A stretch of DNA of 64,000 nucleotides, taken from assembly GCF_006345805.1 (NCBI RefSeq), contig NC_043011.1, positions 55,378,464-55,442,463 on the forward strand. The letters are read 5' to 3'. A model generated the notes under the pieces. The model was not told the DNA's origin. It saw only the letters and a program-made list of their open reading frames with translations, and made no database searches. Position 1 is the stretch's first letter. The number at the start of each line of letters is the position of its first letter. The DNA comes from Octopus sinensis (taxonomy: Eukaryota). Shown here piece after piece: positions 63,089 to 64,000 of the stretch. The translations under genes were made by a program, and so were the position numbers.

Positions 63089-64000
63089 CTTAACTTTTTC
63101 GTTACTATATTTCTGACCGAAATACACCCCTCATGAGTTTCATTTGAATTCTAAAATAATCATGAATTGTGGGGGCAGTCACTCATCTCAAAAGAAACTC
63201 ATAATTTTCTAAGAGATCAATTATTTTATTTTTCGCATCTTGAGCTGCAATATGTCCGAATGCATGTGTTGGGGTGTTTTTCATTTTTACCATTTCCTTC
63301 ACAGTACCACAGACTTTTGTTACATTTGATCCAAATTGTTCTTAACTCAGCATTACTAATGTGTGCAAAATATTTTGTTTAGTTGGTCTCTCAAGAACTA
63401 CACAGTTCTTTTAATGATTTTATTCAACCATTTGTTGCCAAGGCTGAATAAGAAGTGCTATTTGTTGGTAGTTGGTGCTTGGTTTCAGTAAAAGTTCAGA
63501 GAAAAAAAAAACATAGCAATTAGCAGAAATAGAAACGTGTTTGGAACAGCAAAAGATTCTCCTGCAATTTTTATTGACTGTTTTCTGTCAGATGTTTTGA
63601 CATAATCTTATAATCCTGATTAAATGGCTTAAGAAATACCATTGGTTTTTAGCTTCCTTTGTGGGCAGTAAGTTGCATATATTAACCTCTAACACAGAAT
63701 TAGCTGAAAATATTGTTTGTTTGTTTTTTCGTGAGAGAGAGAGTATAATAAGGGCTTTAGTTTTCCTTTGATCTATTCACCTTCAAACGTGCCAAAGGTT
63801 TTTCTGTTGTCAAGTGTTTTACTAAATATTTTCTAATCATTGCTTATTCAGTTATGAACCCCAACAGTCCTGGGTGAAAGTTTTGTTGAGTAGGGAGTGG
63901 ATGGAACAACTTGAATTTATAAAATATTGTCTATTTGATTCTGTTTAATATTGTACCTAAACTGAAATATTATTTAAACTGGCCAGATCCAGCCTTCTCA

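Noticed and set aside
63852-63873. Possible small RAMAC exon (GYEPQQSW)
   Set aside because: The acceptor is good but the donor is weak (GTGAAA) and there is no recognisable homology, so it is not called.

Overview
Eukaryotic, repeat-dense genomic DNA. The SINE/RTE repeat families are of the kind I associate with Octopus; that taxon call is an inference from repeat content. Gene order is [KIAA0825-like pseudogene, -] [SLF1/ANKRD32-like pseudogene, +] [cyclin H, CCNH, -] [RAMAC/FAM103A1, +, partial]. CCNH is intact: 9 coding exons, all GT-AG, 302 aa. Its ninth exon is present twice because of a ~971-bp tandem duplication (41256-43196). CCNH sits head-to-head with RAMAC across a <400-bp CpG-rich promoter containing an inverted ETS pair around a CRE-like core. 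The two pseudogenes are not in the ORF track. I found them by translating stop-riddled frames and aligning them by eye to human proteins recalled from memory, so they need tblastn/HMM confirmation. They keep the head-to-head arrangement of human KIAA0825/SLF1, and both are disabled by many stops, frameshifts and insertions. The remainder is tRNA-derived SINEs, RTE/RTE-X/CR1/Dong-like LINE fragments, Penelope-like remnants, Tc1/mariner, piggyBac and Helitron-like elements, MITEs/foldbacks and microsatellites. Most ORFs in the supplied track are repeat-derived and non-coding.
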